Source: Octopus vulgaris
Lineage: Eukaryota
Length of the DNA stretch: 64,000 bases
Assembly: GCA_951406725.2 (NCBI GenBank)
Contig: OX597817.1
Coordinates: forward strand, 94,178,001-94,242,000
Direction: 5' to 3'
The first letter of the stretch is position 1, and every line of letters starts with the position of its first letter. The position numbers and the translations under genes are program-made. Below are positions 1 to 12,900 of the stretch, in pieces. The notes beneath the pieces are model-generated. The model searched no databases, had not been told where the DNA came from, and was given only the letters and a program-made list of their open reading frames with translations.

Positions 1-584
1 TCACTTATTACCTTCTTTATTTTTCTAAAATTTTCAATAGTTAAGGTTGCAAGACGCAACGAAAATTTTAGAAAAATAAAAAGAAAATAAATGGAAATTT
101 TACCGGCGAGTGTGTTAAATTATAATTTAAAAGAGAATGACTCTCCCCAGACACAACAGGCATTAAAAGAGAATGACTCTCCCCAGACACAACAGTATAT
201 TTTCTTTATTTAATCGTTCTTGTTTAGAAATTTTGTTCCTTGCGCTTGCACTGGTAGATAGGAAAAACCGTAAAGTTTAGTCAGAGATAACCCCACACCT
301 CTCTATGTGTTCATTTAATGGTATCTGACTATACCTTGAGAAATGAATCTATACCTTGAGAAGCGAATCCTTATGCAGTGTAGTGCTCCGTCTGAGTGAC
401 ATCCTAATTGTGTCTACATCCTGAACAAGTTACCTCATAAATTAAATTTTCAGATTCACGAGGGAAATTGGTCTTAAATGTGAATCTCTGCCTATGTTTG
501 AAGTGGAATTCCGAACCTTCCAGTAGGTCGGGACATGTTAAACAAATTGGACGTGGGAATTTTTTTATCTATGTATATGTGTGC

Positions 585-585
<1 letters not shown>

Positions 586-643
<58 letters not shown>

Positions 644-1184
644 TATATATGTGTATATATATATATATATATTCATATATATGTATATATATATATATTC
701 ATATATACGTATATATATATATATATATATATTCATATGTATGTATATATATATATATATATTCATATATATGTATATATATATATATATTCATATATAT
801 GTATATATATATATATATATATTCATATATATGTATATATATATTCATATATATGTATATATATATACATATATATATTCATATATATGCATATATATAT
901 ATACATATATATGCATATATATATATATTCATATATATGCATATATATATATATTCATATATATGCATATATATATATATTCATATATATGCATATATAT
1001 ATATATTCATATATATGTATATATATATATATATTCATATATATGTATATATATATATATATATATCATATATGTATATATATATATTCATATATATGTA
1101 TATATATATATATTCATATATATGTATATATATATATATATATTCATATATATGTATATATATATATTCATATATATGTATATA
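586..1184. repeat. (TA)n-based complex minisatellite, unit approx. TTCATATATATG(T/C)(AT)n
   Basis: Directly visible; the same unit recurs at 1975-2020 and 5657-5960. Confidence 0.95.
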
Positions 1185-1960
1185 GACTGGCAACTGAAAC
1201 TGGCTGTGGACAAGTGTACCACCATGCATTTTGGGAGAAAAAACCCTGCGTCCACATACTCCCTCCACAACACTGATATCAAGAAATCCTCTTGCGAGCG
1301 TGACCTAGGCATCACTGTCAGCAGTGATTTGCGTTGGACAAAGCATATCTCTAAAATTGTCAAGAAGGCCGAGGGTGTCTTGGCATCACTCAACAAGACT
1401 TTTGTTAGCCGCTCTCCAGCCATCTATTTAAAACTGTATACAGCTATGGTACGACCACACTTGGAATTCGCATCATCAGTTTGGAATCCCTATCTTGCTC
1501 AGAACATTGACCTCCTGGAATCTGTCCAGAGACGTGCAACCAAACGCATACCCTCCATCAGACACCTACCATATTCTGATCGCCTTGTTTCCCTGGGCAT
1601 GGATTCACTGAAGCTCCGGCGTCTGGCGACGGACTTGGTAAACACCCACAAGGTTATCAACCACCTCACCAACAACAACACTGAACACCTTTTTGATCTC
1701 CATGTGTCTAACACACGTGGACATGCCTACAAAGTCAGAAAACAGCACAGCTCCCATGACTTTCGGAAACATTTTTTCACGCTCAGGGTTGCTGAAGCGT
1801 GGAATAAACTGCCTGCATCAGTTGTTGACTGCCATGACACTGCATCCTTTAAGGCCCTCATGCTTCCCGAAATCCGTCGAAACTACACCTGATTATATAT
1901 ACACTTTAGATGAGTTGTAGTGCACCTGAGCACTGTACACAATTATTATTATTATTATTT
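1185..1960 (+). mobile_element. 5'-truncated CR1-clade LINE (C-terminal ORF2, 3' UTR stem-loop, (ATT)n tail)
   Basis: 1185-1892 translates to [73 protein letters not shown], the typical CR1 ORF2 C-terminus. An AGTGC-ACCTGA-GCACT hairpin is followed by (ATT)n. Confidence 0.9.
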
Positions 1961-1974
1961 TATTTTTATTATTA

Positions 1975-2131
<157 letters not shown>

Positions 2132-2280
2132 CAAAAAGCAATAAAGATTCAAGTTAATTTAAATGAATTTACTTGAATATGGTACCTAACTTAGATGCAC
2201 CAAAAAAAACTATACTGTTTTAACAATACAGTAATGTGGGGTGATTATAAGCGAGAAAGAAGCAACAAGAATGGATAGGT

Positions 2281-2371
2281 TTTTAGTACAATCGTTTCAT
2301 ACAAGGACAGGCTTTATTAAAAGTTGCAAAAATTACAGCATATAAACGTGTCCCGTACTCATCAGCTAAAA
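2281..2371 (-). ncRNA. type I hammerhead ribozyme (PLE pLTR), same sense as the PLE ORF
   Basis: Minus strand reads UUUUAG-CUGAUGA-GUACGGGACA...UGUCCUUGUAU-GAAA-C-GAUU-G-UA-CUAAAA. Stem I is 6 bp, both conserved core boxes are present and the cleavage triplet is GUA. Confidence 0.8.
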
Positions 2372-3833
2372 TACATGTGAGTTCTCTAGACATCCTAGTG
2401 GTTGAGGCTATACTCATGAAGTAATGTAGATAATTAAGTAACATAAACAGATTTCCAAAGTTCATTAAAGTTCTTTAAAGATGATGTACAGTCTTATCAC
2501 AGAATTTTAAAAAGTTTTAATAGCATCACAGAGAAGGTGACCTAATCCATAGTGCACATATGAATTTCCAGAGATATGAGGAGGGATTACATACTCACAG
2601 ACGACAAATTTATCCATTGTTAATCAAAACGAGGTGGGTCTCAATTCCTGCTTATTAGCATTACAGAGAGGGTGAATTAATCCTTTGTATAGATGCACAA
2701 TTTCCAATGGTGTAGATGTAAATTTCCAGAGAAATGAAGAGGAATTTCATATTCACAGGCGATAAATTTATCAATGGTTGAACACAATGAGGTAGGTATC
2801 AATTCTTGTTATATGATTAGGTATTTGCCACATTAATCACATTACTGCTATTTACAAGAGGCTGTAGCTATTTAACTTTTAAAGGCTGAAGGGCTTTCTA
2901 GAGAGGCAAAGAACAGAAAAGGGAAGGGAAGAGAAGAAAAGAGAGAAAATAAAGGAGGAGGGAGCAAAAAGGGTGGGGGAGGGGGACTAAAAGAGAAGAG
3001 AAAAGTAAAAAGAGAATAAGAAGAAGAAAAAGAAAAAAGAGAAAAGAGAAAGAAATAGGGAAAGAAGGGAAAAAAAAAAAAAGAAAAAAAGAGGGTTCTA
3101 GTTATACAGAAGAATTAGTAGACGGCAAGTCTGGTTTTAATTTACAGGCATCTAGGAACTAGAGGAGAATATTATTCTTTGACCAGTAAAACAGCTAATT
3201 TATTGCTGTTGAAATCAGCTATGAATTTAAAGAGAATCTAAAGAGATAACACGGTCAGGGGTTTAGGGGTCAGAGGCTAAAATCAAAAGAAAATACATTA
3301 GGAAAATCTAAGTATAATCTTATCAAAAAGTCATTAAAATTTATTTATTTAATTTATTCATTTTATTGTCTTAAGGAGTTGCCGTTATTATTCATACATT
3401 GACGGACTACAGGTCAAATCTTAGAAGATCATTTACAAGGTGTTAGGGAATTGTCTATCATAATGAAGATAATCATATTATCACCGAGGGAGTAGCCTTA
3501 TTTATTTAATTTTGAAATAGAATTATGGGGCTTTAGTAACTCATTTTATTTTATTAAAGTTATGCTACTTAAATTAGATTAAGTTAAGAATTAAAATTAA
3601 AAATTACAATTAAGATTTAAAATTAAGATTTAAAATTATGAGTTTGAAATTAAATAAAGCCTCAATTAAGCAGCGTATAAGTACTATTCATTTCCCTGTT
3701 CTCAAAAAACTGATGCAGATATAAGGAAAAAGATAACTGTAGTGTGAGAACTCTTAGTTATCTACTTAAAGCAGTGCTATACTAGTAAAAATCAAGTTAT
3801 ATCTATCTATCTATCTAGTTACGAATATTCTAA

Positions 3834-5518
3834 TCATTTAAAATATTTTAAAGTCTTCAATTTAGCGTGGACACAAACTTGACCTAGTTCGATATGGTTA
3901 TTCAATAAGTTTCTATGTTTTCTATGCTTTAGAATTTCATGGAGGATAGTTGGCAACCAACCCTGCTATTTTTATACGGAATTGCTCTCCTAACTATTTC
4001 CCAATTAAGGTTATAATTATTATTATTATTTTTGAGTTCCCAGATTTTGTTTGAAAGTGTGGTGGTACCAGCTTTATGACGTAATTTAAAAGACGAGATG
4101 TGATTTCTAACTCTGGCTAGAAAATTAATTGTACATCCAATGTAAAAATATTTGTTATTCTCCGTGGATATGGTACATTTATAGATTACATTATTTTCCC
4201 CGCATAGACCAGGTGCCGGGCATTTTGATTTTATTCTACACTTACACACAGGAGGAACAACTTCAGGTTTTGGATTATTCTTGGGTACATGTCTTAGGTT
4301 CCTATTATTTTGATTATCATGAGTATAATTGTCCTTATTGTCATTAATATTTCTATAGTTGGTGCTGATATCTAAAGTATTGCTATTATTTATTGATCCT
4401 TCTGTTTCATCATTTAGGTCTAAAGTCCTACCATGATTTCTTATATTATTGGTAATGTTACTATTATTGTTAGTCTTTTTATCCGACTGCATATTGTTGT
4501 TATAGATATCACTGATATTTTCATTCTCCTTATTTTCTCCATTAGCCTTATTTCTATTATTTCTATTATTAACATTATTACTTCTATTAATATCGGCATT
4601 GTTATTATTACTATTAATGTTAATGTTATTAGTCATTCTGTGGTTACTAATTTCACCTATGTTTTGATAGTTACTATTGCTGTTTTTATTGTTGGTAGTA
4701 TTATTATAATTGCTATTGGTATTCATGCTGATATTATTATTTTTATTTCTATCTTTCCTGGCTAGTTTAATGTTGTTATTATTAATCTTAGCTATTAAAG
4801 TGGACATATTTGGGAGGGTTGAATAAGAAATCCTAACTGTTTTCCTAGAAATAATTCTATGATATCTATGAGAGATAGGGAAATTTTTTTCCAGAATTAC
4901 TTTGAATTTGTTCTGTATATCCGATTGTATCGCACAGTTGAAAGGAATATTCAGCCATAATATATCTTTTATATTAAATTTAGGGTTCGTAGAATTATTA
5001 CTATTCATCTCACCGGAGTTATTGTATTTATTACCATTATTTTTATTTTTATTTGTGTGCATCTTAGGTTTATCTACTTCGATATTATCCGAGTTACCTA
5101 TGTTCTGGTCAATGCTTCTATTTGAATTGTTGGGCCTGTACGTTAGATTAGCGTTTACCGTTAATTTAATTCTACTTTTATCTCGGGCTTGGTCTGTATT
5201 GCTGCTTACGTGATTACTGATAACTTCTTTATTAGGAATACGTGAGTTCTCCTTATCAACGAATGTAATCTTTTGGTTGTATCCAGCCTTAGTTAACGCC
5301 GCATTATAATGCTCAGAATGGGAGTTAAATATATCCTTATTGGATGATAATTTTGAAATTCTTAATGAAATATTTCTTACTAAAGATTCAATTATATTTG
5401 GGGGATGATTTGATAATTTATTTACGTAATTCGTGATTTCGCCTTCCTTTCTAAATGGGTAATGCAGCTTGGAGTTAAGGTCTAGCGTAATATCTAGGAA
5501 GTTAACTATTTTAGTGCC
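3834..5518 (-). pseudogene. PLE polyprotein fragment: RT thumb + linker + GIY-YIG endonuclease
   Basis: The frame is open from 5518 to 3929: VNFLDITLDL..YPFRK..YVNKLSNHPPNII..RISKLSS..YNAALTKAGY..ILWLNIPF..KTVRISYS..CKCRIKSKCPAPGLC..VIYKC..YIGCT..RVRNH..LSNKIWELK. After a frameshift near 3945 it continues as LLNNHIELGQVCVH and stops at 3834. Confidence 0.88.
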
Positions 5519-5536
5519 CTAGAGAACTCACATGTA

Positions 5537-5627
5537 TTTTAGCTGATGAGTACGGGACACGTTTATATGCTGTAATTTTTGCAACTTTTAATAAAGCCTG
5601 TCCTTGTATGAAACGATTGTACTAAAA
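5537..5627 (+). ncRNA. type I hammerhead ribozyme (inverted pLTR copy)
   Basis: TTTTAG(5537-42) CTGATGA(5543-49) stem II GAAA(5610-13) C GATT G TA CTAAAA(5622-27); exact reverse complement of 2281-2371. Confidence 0.8.
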
Positions 5628-5656
5628 ACCTATCCATTCTTGTTGCTTCTTTCTCG

Positions 5657-5680
5657 TGTATATATATATATATATTCATA

Positions 5681-5711
<31 letters not shown>

Positions 5712-5778
5712 TCATATATATGTATATATATATATATATATTCATATATATGTATATATATATATATATATATTCATA

Positions 5779-5856
<78 letters not shown>

Positions 5857-5858
5857 TA

Positions 5859-5922
<64 letters not shown>

Positions 5923-5960
5923 TCATATATATGATTATATATATATATATATATATTATA
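5657..5960. repeat. (TA)n/TTCATATATATG minisatellite
   Basis: Directly visible; same unit as 586-1184. Confidence 0.95.
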
Positions 5961-6107
5961 TATTTTATTTGTTAAGGAATAAAAATTCCGGCATCAGTGG
6001 TTCAAATCATTCTCAATGAGGAAATATATATTTTTTCATTTAGAGATAGTAGGCCCCTTCATCCCACCATATAAAAGAATTTTAATTTAATTTAATACTT
6101 ACTACTT

Positions 6108-6212
6108 ATATCTCGGCAACATGTGTTTCTTGAGGTTTATTTTCCGGTTCCTTAACTACGCCGTGTTTTGCAGGAACCTTTCTTAAAATATAATCCCGAT
6201 CATCAGGTCTCT
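6108..6212 (-). other. degenerate hammerhead-like motif, probable PLE pLTR remnant
   Basis: Minus strand: CUGAUGA, long imperfect stem II with internal GGUUCCU/AGGAACC pairing, then GAAACACAUGUU. Stem I pairs poorly. Confidence 0.4.
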
Positions 6213-7559
6213 ACATCACTTTATCATAGCTTGATACTAAAAACTATATTTAATTTTAAACATATATGTGTATGTGTAAATAGGTTCGCCGGTTCGCCGG
6301 ACCTTAATGTACAAGCTATAATTTAATTCAAATAAAAAATTACAAATAAAAATAAAAAATACGAATAAAAATTTAAAATAAAAATTTACAAAAACTGTTC
6401 TCACGTAACTTATGTCTATAAATATAAAATTGATAATATATAGGGATAAAAAAATTAAAATAAAATATATACTTGTGATGATATAAAATGATATAAAATT
6501 AAAGGAATGGCAAATAAATATATTCGAATAAAAATGGATGCAATGACGAATAAATATTTCGAATAAAAAATGCAAAAAGAAAATTTACAAATGATACGAA
6601 TGATAAAAATTTAAAATTTACAAAGTAAAAATAACTTAAGGGTAACGTAAAAGAATATGTACAAATCACCGTTGATTCCATTGTCCTACTACGTCTTAAT
6701 TTCGGCTTGACATCGCATATATATACTGTTGAAGCCATAACGATTTAAAAACAAAGGGGAGCAAGAAATAATTCATTTTCTATCCAAACGGTTTTTAAAC
6801 CCGAAATTCAAAGGCTATTATTTGTTGCCTTACTTCTTCGAGTTTCAATGTCCCCGCCCCCAAAATTGTTTCATGTCTATCTCAAGTCTTTTAAAATCTT
6901 AGGAGCCGAATAACATACGAGTTTACGAACGTTTGTTAAAATTTTACCATATGTTATTAGTCATTTTTTTCCTGTTCCCTTATTATTTCTCTACGTTTAG
7001 CTGAGGCAATAAACCAGCTTGGTCTATCAATACACCTACATGTCAGGTTGAATTGCTTTTAATGATATTCATTATTGCTGTTTTATAAGCCAAAATCCAC
7101 GCAATGATCTTATCTTAATGAAAATGTAGCTACGGCAAGAGTTAACATTTCCTTCACCCTTATTTCTTTTGTTTCAGTATCTGGTCTTAGTTTATCGATA
7201 TGTTGTATTATGTATGCATAAATGTACATAGCTATAAATCTTACTTTACTAGCTAATCTTCTTCCGTTTGGTTTTCGAATTGTATTCAAGATTGTTGTGT
7301 TACCAACTCATTTTTTTTCTGTCTAGTTTTGTCTGATGTAACGGACTGTGTTGCAGCAGCTACTCGTAAATGTATGGCAAACTGATGGGATATTATTGTA
7401 GCTTTATGCCCAATGTTGCTCATATAATCAGGATGCTTTGAACTGCCACGATTGGTTATGAATTCATAAATTTCATTAGTCATCGGAAATTCATTTCAGT
7501 AGCTTGGGTTTTCGTGTTGATCAAATTTGTAGATTTTCTATTTATGATTATTTTACCTT

Positions 7560-7830
7560 TTATTGAGAAGTGGGGGGTGGAATGACTCTTTTTAGAGGGC
7601 TTCTAAAATTGGTGCGGAGAGGGAAGGAAAAAAGTGTCTTCAAACTAGAGACCTGTCCAGAAAGATTGTAATGCAGTGTATGAACTCTCCTAAATGTACC
7701 ACGTGATGGGTTTAAACTTGGTAATAGATTAAATTCACCATCCAAATGGGACACGCCGAGATTTAAATTCAGACCACAAAGAGCCGGAATAAATAACCAG
7801 AGGCAGCCTTCGATGGGTAATTTTTTATCG
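7560..7830 (-). mobile_element. possible highly decayed LINE (CR1/L2-like) 3' remnant
   Basis: Minus-strand peptide ..RVHTLHYNLS..FSFPLRTNF..KRV weakly resembles a CR1-group ORF2 C-terminus. Confidence 0.25.
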
Positions 7831-8155
7831 ACTTCGAGAGCATGAAAGGCCAATTTGACTTCTGTTAGATTTGAATTCTGTTAGATTTGAACTCATTGCA
7901 TGTTGTGTTCAGATTATATGGTTAGTATTCTACATACAATATTTATTTGGTTCATATAAAACAGGTCATTTGTAGTTTTTTTAGTGTTTATTTGGTGTAA
8001 GTATTGTTATTAAGTTGAATTTATGTCTTTATTTTTATTTACTGGTGTTTATTTAATACGTGTCTTTTTGGAAAGCTTTATTCATATGAAACATAACTTA
8101 ATGTACAGGAATTGGTTAGTATTTATTATTATTATTATTATTATTATAATTATTT

Positions 8156-9869
8156 ACTTTTAATCTGCATGTTTGTTACAATCACTCACCGAGACATACT
8201 CAGCGTCCTAGGACGAGAGAAGGATAAGAGATGTTACAGTATGACTAAAAGCTTTAGGAGGCGAAGTGGCAGGGGAAGTAGCAAAATATCTTCATGTAAT
8301 ACGATAATACGACACAGACATTTAAATTGATAGGTTTTTCTGAGGATGTGGTCAGTACTTGCCAGCGTAATCATTTGGATATCTCTGAGACATGGTTCTG
8401 GAATATTATCTCTATGTTTCCTACATCCCTTTCTTACCATACCAAGGGCATCCACAATAACAGGAACAGTTCTCGCATTAAGATGTCACGTCTTTTGAAT
8501 TTCAATTTCCAAGGCTTTATATTTACTTAATTTCTCAAATTCCTTTACAGATATATTTTTATCGGTGGGTAAACTTACATCTATTAGTCTACAAGTATTT
8601 TGATCCTCGTCTTTAAAGACAATGTCTGGTTGATTAGTCTGAATCGTTTTGTCGGTGTTGACTGGAAAATCCCAGAGGTTAGTGACATTTTTATCTTCAA
8701 CGACTGGCTCAGGATGATGTTCATACCAGTAAGGAGTGCTGATTTTGTAGTGTTTACATATTTCCCAATGTAAATACTGTACTACCCTATTGTAGCGATT
8801 TTTGTATTCGTTTTGTGTCAGTACAGGACATCTTGAGGCGAGACGGTCTATTGTTTCGTCAAATTTATCGCAGAATCTGCATTTAGGGTCAGAACTGTTT
8901 TGAAGAAAGTTAGCCTGGTAGAAGGAGAGGTGTATTCCACTTGGCCATACTACCTTGTAAGAATTTGGAGAATGCAAGAGAGATCTTGTATATCTCAAGG
9001 GCCTTGAGTGGCCAATTACATGGGACACCGTAAAACACTTTCCTGTAGCCAGATTCTTTTTGTTGCTCCTGCAATTCTCTACAATAATTTTATTTATGAG
9101 TAATTGATCTTTGCATCCATAAGAATTCCATTTAAAACCTTTTTGAGCTTGTAGATGGTTAGAGTTTTGTTCAAGGAAAGTGTATATTCTTTCAGTTAGT
9201 ATCGATGTGGGGATCTTGTAGGTTGTGTTGAGACATGTTATTGGTCAGTAGCTCTTTGGATATTTCGTGTTTTCAGTTTTTGGTAGAAAGTATGTTGTTC
9301 CTTCGGTCAGCCAGGTAAGCATTTGCTCTGGGTTCTGGATGACATCAGTTAGGGATGCAGCAAGATGTTGGTGTACTTCTGTCAAATAATTCAGCCAGAA
9401 GTTGGGGATCCGGTCCAGTCCTGGGGTCCTCCATTTGTGATACTTTCTAAGAACACATCTTAGTTTCTCTATACCTGTTGCCTCCCATTTCTGCTCCTCA
9501 ACTTCATCCAGTTTCACTTTCTCACGCTCTATCCAGTGAGCTTCAGCATTAGATTCTTTTTTGTTGCTCATATCTTCTTCCAGAACTCTTCAATTTCATT
9601 AGTCTTAGGTGGCTCCTGTACTTCTATCTTGCTTTTGTCAATTTCCCTGTAAAAGTTTTTGCATCCGTCTTGAATATCTTGTTTTGTCGATAACATTTGA
9701 TTCTTTTGTCATACCTTCTGACCCGTTGTATTCAGTTGTTTCACTCGTACCGTGATTGTAGGGAGGTTTATAAAATCTTTGATTTTATATTTTTGCCTGA
9801 TTTTTCCAGCTTGTTTCGTCTTAACAAACATTTACTTATCTAGCAAGTTCAGTTAGAACTTATTTCATC

Positions 9870-9870
<1 letters not shown>
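8156..9870 (-). mobile_element. R4/Dong-clade LINE fragment (copy A), truncated and internally deleted
   Basis: Motifs include WRTPGLDRIPNFWL..EGTTYFLPK..PKSY, CRFCDKFDETID..C, WYEHHPEPVVE..LWDFPVNTDK..NQPDIV..IDVSLP..KEFEKLSKYK (REL endonuclease). Flanked by (TTA)n on both sides. Confidence 0.88.
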
Positions 9871-9935
<65 letters not shown>

Positions 9936-9939
<4 letters not shown>

Positions 9940-12900
9940 TAGTTTTATTTTTATAGCGTGCTTTCACTTCACTACCGTGTGCAGTTCTGTGTGCCTTGGG
10001 TATGTGATGTGATTTGTTGTGATGCTCTGATGGTTATTGTATGGAAAATGTTCTGCGTAGGATGTGTGCGGTGCCTAGTAGTGCAATTTTCTGTATGTTA
10101 TATATGTTTGTAAGTCCTGGTGTTTTTGTTATGTATTTGTTTGAATATTTTTTTATCATGCCTAATGCACCTACTATGATAGGAATTGTTTCTGTTTTCA
10201 GATTCCACATTCTGGTTACCTCTATTTCCAGGTCTTTGTATTTTGAAAGTTTCTCCATTTCACGTTGTCATCTGCTGGTATTGATACATCAATTAGAAAG
10301 CATTTTTTTCTTCATGATCTCTGACAACTATATCTGGTCTGTTGGCCTTAATTTCTCTATCTGTGTGTATCGGCATATCCCAGAGTATGGTTGCTTTCTC
10401 GTTTTCTGTGACCTTTTCTGGTGTGTGCTTATACCATCTTTTTTCTGTTGTTATTCCATAATGTTGGCATAGCTTCCAGTGTATGTAGGTCCCAACTCTG
10501 TCGTATCTGTGAATATATTCCTTCTTAGCCAGGGCTGGGCAGCCAGAGATAATATGATTTATTGTTTCTTGTCCATTTCCACATATTTTGGTCTTGTGCG
10601 GCAATTAAAAATCCCTGTCTCTGCTTTGAGTCCTGAGCTTCTCAACCAGCTTCTCTTGGTCTATTTCTTTTGCATTTAGTTTAGTTCAGTATTTACCATG
10701 AAGGGACATTTCTTGCCATCGTTTGGTCATGGTTCTTTGCTGTTCTAGTTTTAGTTTGGATTTCATTTGTTTTATAGCTTTTGTTGTTTCTTCTTCTTCT
10801 TCTTCTTCTTCTTCTTCTTCTTCTTCTTCTTCTTCTTCTTCTTCTTCTTCTTCTTCTTCTTCTTCTTCTTCTTCTTCTTCTTCTTCATATTTGTTAGGTG
10901 GTATGATTTCTTGTTTGTATTTGTCAGCTTCCTTAAATACTGAGAACAATTTTGTGTTTTGCTCGTGTTTTGCCGCTATTTGTATCAGTTTTCCTTGCTT
11001 CTGAAGTAGGTATTTTTGCAGTCTATGGTGATTATTTTATAGTAGTTTTCCAGCTTTATAAGGCCTCTACCACCTTCTATACTTTGTATATATAGCCTTT
11101 CTATGTTAGATTTTGGGTGATGCATCCTAGATCCTGTCATTATTTTTCTTGTTTTCCTATCTATTTTGGTTAGTTCCTTTAACGTCCAGTTAAGGATATT
11201 GTAGCTGTAACTTATAACTGGGACGGCTAAAATGTTAATATCTATTATCTTGTTTTTAGCATTGAGCTCTGTTTTTAGTATTGATCTAACTCATCATTAG
11301 TATTCTTTCTTTATCTTCTCTTTCATTTGTGTGTGTTGTGTCTTATCTAGTTCATGGATTCCTAAGTATTTGTAAGTTTGGCTTTGGTCTAATTCTTTTA
11401 TTTCATTGGTTTTATCTGGTGTGATGTTGCTACTCTTAACTAGTTTTACTCTTTTCAGGGTTACTTTGGCACCTTTTTCTAATCCAAATTTCACATCTAT
11501 TTCTTTGGTGTATCCATGAACTGTCTTTAGTAGTGTTTCCAGCTGTTTGTCATTTGCAGCGTATAGTTTTAGGTCATCCATTTATAAAAGGTGGCTGATC
11601 GTTTTGCCGTAACATTTATATTCGCATCCAGTTCTATTTAGCATATCAGATAGAGGTGACAGTGCCAAGCAGAAAAGGAGTGGAGAGAGCGTGTCTCCCT
11701 GGAATATTCCTCTTCTAATGGGTATGGCTTTGGCTTTCACGAGTCCCTCTTTTGTTTGGAGCTGTAGCACTGTTTGCCATTTATTCATAGAGTGTCCTAT
11801 GTATTTTATAATTGTTGGTGCTACTTTGTTCATGGCTAGTGTTTCGAGGATCCATGTGTGGGGGATGCTATCAAACGCCTTTCTGTAGTCGATCCAGGCA
11901 ATATTGAGGCCTTTCTTATTTCTGTGGCTGTCTTCAGTTATGGCTTTAATGATCATTAGTTGATCTTAACAGCCGTATGAGCCTTTGCGGCATCCTTTCT
12001 GCTTTTCTGGAAACAGGTTGCTTTCGTCCAGGTGCTTGTTTAATCTCTGTGATATTACTGCTGTAAATGCTTTGTACATGTAGGGAGACAGGTTATAGGT
12101 CTGTAGTTTTCTGGTTTTGCTGTCTCATTAGATTTGGGAATTAAGATGGTTTTCCCCTTCGTGTGCCATTCAGGCATTGTCTCTGGCTCTGCCAGTAAGT
12201 TGTTAAAGCTTTCAGCCAGCTTTTTGTGTATTTCTGGTAGATATTTCAACCAGAAGTTGGGGATCTTGTCATGCCCAGGTGCCTTCCAGTTGCTTAGTCT
12301 TTGCAGTGGCTGGGTGACCTCTTCAGTTGTTATGGAGGTCCAAAGTTGCTCAGATGCTATGTTTGTTGTTTTAATACTCCTTTTTTTTTGGTTTCGACGA
12401 CCATATTCCTTTCCAGAATTCGTCCACTTCTTCTGCCGTTGGTGCTGCAGTGATGTCTATTTTATTCTTGCCAAGTTCTTGGTAGAACTTTTTGGGGTTG
12501 GAGTTGAACTGCTTGTTTTGTTCAAAGAAAACGTTGGCGTTTCTCATACCGGCGGATCCTTTGTGCTTTGGCAAGGATATCTTGCTTTAGTTTTTCTTTT
12601 ATCTCAGGTAAATCTTTTTCTGTGATGTTGTATTTGCACAGTATTTTTGTTTTCTTTTTGTTGCTTAGTAGTGTTGATTGTCTACTGATTTCGTTAAGAA
12701 TCGACAGATCTTTTCTCATTTTTTGTATTTTCTTTTGGATGTTATTTATCCACAGGGTTAGTTTGGGTGGTGGTACTCCTGTTTGGATGGGTTTGAGTGA
12801 GTATCCAGCTTTTTTTGTGACTGCAGTGGCTGCTGCATATACTAAGTCATTTAGCTCCGTGATGTCGCTTTTTGTTTCAGTGGCTATTAGTTCTGTGATG

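Noticed and set aside
586-1184. CRISPR-like repeat-spacer array
   Set aside because: The units are separated only by variable (AT)n, with no unique spacers and no cas genes, in a eukaryotic context.
468-1892. 474-aa ORF as a host gene
   Set aside because: The first half is translated (TA)n satellite (YIYI...) and the second half is a CR1 ORF2 fragment; an accidental read-through.
3929-5518. Selenoprotein-type Naiad (in-frame UGA at Cys sites)
   Set aside because: The Cys positions are ordinary Cys codons and the frame has no internal TGA.
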